Source of the DNA: Verrucomicrobiaceae bacterium | Lineage (GTDB): Bacteria > Verrucomicrobiota > Verrucomicrobiia > Verrucomicrobiales > Akkermansiaceae | NCBI GenBank assembly: GCA_051252135.1 | Contig: JBPOGH010000020.1 | Coordinates: 15,499 to 79,498, forward strand | Direction of reading: 5' to 3' | Length of the DNA stretch: 64,000 nt | Shown: positions 59,901 through 64,000 of the stretch, piece after piece | Position numbering within the stretch: position 1 is the first letter of the stretch | Layout of the letters: the number at the start of each line of letters is the position of its first letter | The notes under the pieces: generated by a model | The model's input: the letters and a program-made list of their open reading frames with translations, nothing else | What the model was told of the DNA's origin: nothing | Databases searched by the model: none | Program-made: the position numbers and the translations under genes

Positions 59901-62900
59901 GAGGCAATTACGGAATCGATCTCCACTGGTACGGACTCCACTCCGGTTGTCATGGGAGCGGGCGAGACGGCGTCAATTTCCGGGGATTCTTTCTTTGAGA
60001 TCGACGGGATGAATCTGGGTCTTGGGGTAGCGGGGCAGGCGATCACAGCCAATGTCAATATCAGCCGATATCGTTCCGGTGACCGTCAGATATTCCGGGC
60101 CAGCCTGGCCGGTGGGTCTGCCTCATTTACCAACGGCGGAACCGAGCTTCTGACTCTCTCCGATCTTGGTGGCGATCTCTTCCTCTTCGACGATGGGTTG
60201 GCACTTCAGGCTTCAGGAGATCTTTCCTTTGGCATCGCTTCGGTATCCGCAAGTGGTTCCTACAGCCTTCAAATCAACACGACCGGAAACACCATCTCCG
60301 AAACCTTCAGTGTCGGCAATGTGACCCGGGGAGTTGGAATCGCCGCCGGACCTTATCTGCGGATTGCAGGAATCGGGGCCAACCTCACTGTTCTCGGGCA
60401 GAGCATCTCAGGAAACTTCCTCTTCGAGCAGAATTCGACCGGCGATGTCATTGCATCCGCTACGGAGGTTAATGCTGACTTTGGTGACGGAGCACTGGCG
60501 CTTAATGATGCGAGCGGTATCATTTCAATCAACGCTGCGGGTCTGGCAGCCAGCATCAGCGGAGCAATCAATTTCAACGTTCCGAACGTTTCGATCGCCT
60601 CGGAATTGGATCTGAAAATCAATACCCGGTCGACCCTGGTAAACGAGACGGTCTCGCTCAATGGTGTCGAGAAAGCCCTTCAGATTCGTGCAGGACCGAC
60701 ATTTGCTCTCGAAGCAACCCAAGTTCTGGTTGAAATCGCCGGTCAGGTACTTACCGCCGATCTCTTCATTGAGCAGACCAATACCGGGCTCACCAATCTT
60801 TCCTTTAGTGATGCGAGCCTCACCTTTTCAGCATCCGGCCACATTCTTGCATCCATTACTGATGCCAGTGGCGACTTTGAACTTTCCCAGACGGGACTCG
60901 TGGGCCGCCTTAACATCACAGAGTTGGTGTTCGACCTTCCCGGCCTCTTCTTCACCGTAGGCACAGCGCAGGTTGAAGTTAATACCCGAAATGCCGAAGC
61001 CACTATTGCCGGAAGCACCTTCCCGGCCGGGCCATTCATCCGGGTCGCCCTTCTTTCTTCCACGGTGGAATTGGGTGATCTTGATGTGGGAGGTGTTCCG
61101 GCCCGACTCAGCGGCAGTTTCTTCTTTGAGCAGGTCAGCGGCAAAACAAGAATTGCGGCTACGGGAGTCAGCGCATCCGTTGAGGTTAACGGAAATGGTG
61201 CCAGCCTCGCAAACGGGCGCGGAGCACTATTGATCACCAACAACGGGGTAGCGGGCGCGATCGAAGGTGATCTGGCCACCAATATTCCGGGAGTTTCCGC
61301 CGGAGCGACACTTGTTCTCCAATTTAACAATACCGGCGGAGCGATCGACGAAACCATTTCTCTCGGTCCTGACAGCATCGAGATCAAATACAACGCAAGT
61401 CAGGGGCTCTTCTTCTCGGTCGCTCTTGCGAACGTCAGCATTACGATTGCCGACATTATTACAATTGAAGGATCGATCACCTTCACTTCATCAAACGGGC
61501 GTGAGATCGCGGCGGGCGCCGGACTTTCCGTCTTCATTGGCGAGGGGACCGCGACCCTCGAAGATGGTTCCACCAACCCTCTTGCCCGGGGCTTCCTACT
61601 TAGCGATGCAAAAGTCGGCCTGATCAAAGAGGGCAATACCTACGCGGTTGTTGCCACGGGTCAGGTCAAGGTAATCGGAATCAACAATCTGACCTTGAGC
61701 GGGCTTTTCACTGTTCGCGTCAATCAGTTCAACGAAGCGATCAACCGGACCCTGCCGGTCACGGGCACTTCGGAAACGGTAGTTCTCGATTTCGACGGCA
61801 CGGAAACGGTATCGGGGACTGGAGAGGCCTTCTATGAGATCACGGGAGATGATCTTGCGATTGATGCCTTCGGGCAGCGCATCATGGCTGATCTCGCCTT
61901 GCGTCGGGTGAGTCTGGTCCGCAACGGGGGAACTGAGAATGCATTCTATCTTGGTCTTTCAGACCTCAGCGCGGTCTTTTCCGATGGGGCTACCGATTTG
62001 GTGTCTCTCATCAATGCGAGTGGTGACCTGCTTGTTCTTTCCGATGGAGTTGCCGCCCGGTTTGACGGGCAACTCGACGTCACCGTCCCGGATGTTTCCG
62101 CTACCGGAGTTTATAGTCTTCTTCTTAATACGACTGGCTCTGCGATCAATCAGGCCTTCGTCGTGGGAGGAAACTCCCGCACCCTCACGGTCGAGGCCGG
62201 ACCGTTTATCCGGATCGCGGGAACCGGAGTTTCCCTTGAAATCGCAGGGCAGACTCTTTCCGGCTCCTTCGGATTTGAGAAGAATGCGACAGGCGAGGTG
62301 ATCGTTCAACTTACCGGAATCCGCGCCGCCTTTAGCGAGGGGGGAACGGATATTCTGGTCTTTGAAAATGGCAACGGCGTGATGCTCCTGACAGCTGCCG
62401 GTGTCGCCGCAGATATCGCTGGCAACTTGAGTATTGAGTTGCCGGATGTTACCGCCTCCGGGTCCTTCCGCTTTATTCTCAATACCACCACCACCGCTGT
62501 TGATCGTGCCTTCAATCTGACCGGCGTGACACAGACGCTCAAAGTTGGTCCCGGGAACTTTATTCAAATTGTGGGACGGAGTGTGAGTCTGACGGTTCTC
62601 GGAAACGAGGTTTCCGGCAACTTCGGATTTGAGCAATCGGCTGATGGCCGGGTGCTTGGTCAGATTAGCAATGGCCGGTTGGTCTTTAACAATGGTAGTC
62701 GTGACCTTCTGATCCTTGATCAGGGCAACGGGGCGCTCGTTGCAACTACCGCGGGACTCGCCTTTGAATTCGGTGGCGATCTGACTCTGGATATTCCGGA
62801 AGTTTCCGTGACCGGAAGTTTCTCGGTGGCGGCCAATACTTCCAATCTGCCCATCAACGAGACAATCAATCTCACGGGAGAGCCACAAACCCTCAACCTC

Positions 62901-64000
62901 CCCGAAGGGCCATTCGTTCGGGTATCCGGAACAGGGGTGGAATTGGTGATCTCGGGACAGTCTCTCCGGGGTGACTTCGTCTTCGAGCGCAACAATGACG
63001 GGACGATCCACATCAGTGCCAACAATGTGAATCTCTCCATAGGTTCGGGAATTGTGAAGGTGAGTAACGGAGTCGGTGGTCTGATTGTGTTTGATGATGG
63101 TCTCGCCGCCAGTATCGATGGTGATATTGCGCTGAATGTTCCCGGACTCAGCACCACTGCCACCTTCGGAATTAGAATCAATACCACGATTCGGGTGATT
63201 AATGAGAACTTGGTCACCAATGGAACTCCTGTTGCGATCAATGTTCCGGCAGGACGGTTCTTCCGGGTTGAGGCCAAGGACGTTGAAGTCGAGATCGCCG
63301 GTCAGACTCTGTCCGGGAATTTCTTCTTCGAGCAACGGGCGGACAAGAGCTTGAGATTTGCGGCTTCAAACGTGGGACTCAACATTGGTGACGGGGTGGT
63401 TACCATCGAGGGTGGGGCGGGGGACTTCCAGATTAACAGGGATGGAATCGTTGGAGGGCTCAGTGTTCAGACTTTCAACTTTAACGTCCCAGGTGTGAGT
63501 CTTGGAACGGGTGAGGTTCGCGTAGAGCTTAATACCCGTCCACAGGAGATTACCGGAGTGTTCAACTTTGGAACCGGACCCGAGAATTTGACCCTTCCGG
63601 GCGGACCGTATGTTCGAGTGGCACTCCTCGACACGAGCCTTATTCTTGGTGGGCTTTCAGTGGGTGGTTCCGCAGCGGAATTGGGCGGAGACTTCTTCTT
63701 TGACCAGGCCGGCGGAGTGACCCGCTTGGCCATGACCAATGTCACTGCAGCTGTCGAAGTCGATGGTAGCGGAGCCAATCTTGTTGACGGAGGAGGCGCA
63801 CTGGTGATCACAGACTCGGGAGTTGCCGGCGTGGTTCAGGGAACAGTGGATGTTGCGCTCCCCGGAATTGATGCCAACAGCACAATTTTTATCCGTATCA
63901 ATAACACCGGAGGGACGGTCGATGAGATTGTTCGCTTTGGTGCCCGGGAAATCACGGTGACCTTCGGAGTGGGCGAAGAAAGCCTTTTCCAGGTGACCTT
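53994..64000 (+). CDS. Giant LEPRxLL-leader extracellular protein, 3'-partial (>3,335 aa); absent from the ORF track
   Basis: GTG 53994 follows an in-frame TGA (53991) and reads MFTPRKEPSRDSPHRRVDISAGYAVEQLEPKILLSAAP.... The same frame reads sensibly at the window end (...INNTGGTVDEIVRFGAREITVTFGVGEESLFQVT). The track lists no terminated ORF in this frame here, consistent with no stop before 64000. Confidence 0.93.
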   Translation, partial: MFTPRKEPSRDSPHRRVDISAGYAVEQLEPKILLSAAPIDAPAEAYGLSPLSAVDSSALDEVRFTDVMEAEMGSEFFTQDEDDQNLLGAGTDFEWGDEVIKEEPIVIEEGQRLSGSGKSDKDLVVDGVFAPGNSPGLVEVDDFENNGVLEIELAGTAAEDFDRVIASGGAKLGGTLKVSLIDGFEPEVGDEFQFLTFAMREGDFDSIEGLQLSDTLALVPFSTNSGYILKAVGIGGQAIVELAGDARLVIDAGSEALNDLVEDAITARQDLSLFSVTDFFGSITLGSTQLSGDFAVAVDGDQVVFALNNGTLLADANADGALFGGEEAGLRVLDVNGVFVFNPTTQGFVLSASGDVNVYGSDLELGGSVSVTWNTTGQDLISEVYTAGSTSVTVTAVNGDAFLSGDNITLETEVANLVFDFSIALSTTAQPGLSITINDGSLVFSDSPRTNVAITAVNGSLDISENGDTSVTLGGVLNADLVGFDVTNAAVEVSYLSVDGARQFSVQTTERVAVAIQSNAGEAKIRFFAEAHTSGGVEFIFAFQELSLVTSEASLIDASGVLIGNVDGVAGELYGTATVQAGSAFAAGARIQIRFNTTDQEISRTLPFGDGQVTINFGAAEASQNFFEVTVISAFFQIGDRIQYRGPVSFSTEMITLGGIDHEVEIIADGGVEFFLATDSLTPGVWGLDLDASGISVANATVLILRFTESDTYTVIVSGDFAAQNLGGVTLSGSGRLELNQSGLVIDTVLERNGNPADGTRLFFPTGSSDLKVDFGALNLVIDNQTVSGAATITTTPDSLEVQLSQVQANFAVGSGTLGLRDGSGDITFANDAVYGGVTGTIVSSGFADFSFSGTFTAEFNSGAETQSYVRGPNTISLPGGPFVRLSGYGLRITTQGESITGDFVFETGSIDQATGVASSGAGNVGDEEILIGFADNIRLSTAGLEVGQMDLSGVVVVSENFLATQLSGSFRYTENEIRIEGDLDLDINTRITDVIVTSQLSGETLTITAGPRFDLRAVDFLIDLRAATLQGSFTLSTSLVDGLPLLNFDFTGLTIDFGGLADAPLLQLSVPSGNFGVYNGGIFGDLSGLSVTGGSLELSGLLDFQFNTLPFDLGGISTGDFSLSGPNLDLTLGTLDFSGEIDFSLIKSGLSDFFDGIELPDPPAFEGLEIGFANVDLALPGGVGNVSGVTGGLVLRRFGFAGQLSGAVDIDTPDLDFSGTSTLKINTFNKALFASLEIAGDNVTLDMPKGPFFSIDFEDTALTLLGASLTGDLSLILSAGLTSDGIGELLIAASDLNIQAGLGTATYNLTNLSGLLFVDSLGVSASFSGGMSLTGIPDVNFAIGDAEVEFSTRGQSLTKVFQNRQYQFRAANYFEMETSGVDVTLDSNSVRGDFLFSFDPSGGLDTPEMIGGVANAEVSIGPNGEAKISSGSGAFVLTDAGLALGFSGELALTLPDISASGVFSADINTTADAITRSIVVGSKTIVLDLAGGPLVGIAGQDVSLTVADQMISGDFVIQSRANGDLIISVDEASTIISDGTTDFLQIDSGAGAIISTANGAAFDLSGSLSVLLPNVSASGTFRVLVNSLPTAVNETVTVRDVTRSIQIRAGPVVNVIGVNSQVTIGEQTLQGGFSFETLQSGGLAIEVISASLFLTANGSTLVNISGANGDLIADANGTDGVLTVGNAVFNVPGISVSSSTIGVELNTRASAVDRIAHLDGRTVTLKLPAGPFVRVSALDASIIFSGLSASGAAAELSGNFFFEKSGADLVLAASSVTAAVDVNGTGGELTDGEGAFVLRQDGLAGILKGSLALAVPGVDAGAEIFLRINNTGGAVSETITLGADELEISFSASEGNVFTVILSDVSLTIGGFIFIEGSFSFTNSGDRQVVGATGVDIFIGEGPRSLEDGSLNPLARGFHLSNATFGLVKFTNGSIENYALQATGTVSVIGIDGFTLGGSVTLRFNSFQEAITESISTGTDSTPVVMGAGETASISGDSFFEIDGMNLGLGVAGQAITANVNISRYRSGDRQIFRASLAGGSASFTNGGTELLTLSDLGGDLFLFDDGLALQASGDLSFGIASVSASGSYSLQINTTGNTISETFSVGNVTRGVGIAAGPYLRIAGIGANLTVLGQSISGNFLFEQNSTGDVIASATEVNADFGDGALALNDASGIISINAAGLAASISGAINFNVPNVSIASELDLKINTRSTLVNETVSLNGVEKALQIRAGPTFALEATQVLVEIAGQVLTADLFIEQTNTGLTNLSFSDASLTFSASGHILASITDASGDFELSQTGLVGRLNITELVFDLPGLFFTVGTAQVEVNTRNAEATIAGSTFPAGPFIRVALLSSTVELGDLDVGGVPARLSGSFFFEQVSGKTRIAATGVSASVEVNGNGASLANGRGALLITNNGVAGAIEGDLATNIPGVSAGATLVLQFNNTGGAIDETISLGPDSIEIKYNASQGLFFSVALANVSITIADIITIEGSITFTSSNGREIAAGAGLSVFIGEGTATLEDGSTNPLARGFLLSDAKVGLIKEGNTYAVVATGQVKVIGINNLTLSGLFTVRVNQFNEAINRTLPVTGTSETVVLDFDGTETVSGTGEAFYEITGDDLAIDAFGQRIMADLALRRVSLVRNGGTENAFYLGLSDLSAVFSDGATDLVSLINASGDLLVLSDGVAARFDGQLDVTVPDVSATGVYSLLLNTTGSAINQAFVVGGNSRTLTVEAGPFIRIAGTGVSLEIAGQTLSGSFGFEKNATGEVIVQLTGIRAAFSEGGTDILVFENGNGVMLLTAAGVAADIAGNLSIELPDVTASGSFRFILNTTTTAVDRAFNLTGVTQTLKVGPGNFIQIVGRSVSLTVLGNEVSGNFGFEQSADGRVLGQISNGRLVFNNGSRDLLILDQGNGALVATTAGLAFEFGGDLTLDIPEVSVTGSFSVAANTSNLPINETINLTGEPQTLNLPEGPFVRVSGTGVELVISGQSLRGDFVFERNNDGTIHISANNVNLSIGSGIVKVSNGVGGLIVFDDGLAASIDGDIALNVPGLSTTATFGIRINTTIRVINENLVTNGTPVAINVPAGRFFRVEAKDVEVEIAGQTLSGNFFFEQRADKSLRFAASNVGLNIGDGVVTIEGGAGDFQINRDGIVGGLSVQTFNFNVPGVSLGTGEVRVELNTRPQEITGVFNFGTGPENLTLPGGPYVRVALLDTSLILGGLSVGGSAAELGGDFFFDQAGGVTRLAMTNVTAAVEVDGSGANLVDGGGALVITDSGVAGVVQGTVDVALPGIDANSTIFIRINNTGGTVDEIVRFGAREITVTFGVGEESLFQVT
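56300..64000 (+). repeat. Tandem ~115-120-aa beta-rich repeats in the second giant ORF
   Basis: The unit is roughly GQT[LI]SG[ND]FxFE...GxGx[LI]....G[LV]A...G....P..SA[ST]G.F....NTT..A[IV]N......G....L...AGP[FY]xR. GP[FY]-like anchors fall near 56631, 57021, 57741, 58467, 58821, 59181, 60345, 60690, 61026, 62196, 62550, 62904, 63249 and 63600. Confidence 0.85.

Noticed and set aside
63990..64000. Direct join of base 64000 to base 1
   Set aside because: Joining them gives ttg tat cgt tga, which is out of frame and hits a stop. Any circular join needs sequence outside the window.

Overview
The window looks like most of a single-purpose plasmid or secondary replicon, probably from a PVC-superphylum bacterium (Verrucomicrobiota; inferred from protein motifs). 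A compact backbone at about 48.0-53.8 kb holds a tyrosine recombinase with a 14-6-14 inverted-repeat site, a VapBC-type toxin-antitoxin pair, a RepA-type initiator with phased iterons, and a type Ib ParA/RHH partition pair. Everything else is surface proteins and their export. A 5'-truncated giant RTX-repeat protein runs from 1 to 31431 (>10,400 aa). It is followed by a two-partner secretion pair (FHA-like TpsA plus ShlB/FhaC-like TpsB), a small secreted protein, and a type-I-like export cluster with no ABC transporter (TolC, MFP, GAF-MFP, PqqD/RRE-M50 peptidase-MFP fusion, short SecA paralogue). A second giant ORF, missing from the supplied ORF track, starts at GTG 53994 with a LEPRxLL-type leader (EQLEPKILLSA) and runs off the 3' end (>3,300 aa). 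It carries the same repeat family as the first 1.4 kb of the window. The two ORFs are therefore probably the N- and C-terminal parts of one gene of >13,800 aa wrapping around a circular replicon. All calls come from reading motifs by eye; no searches were run.
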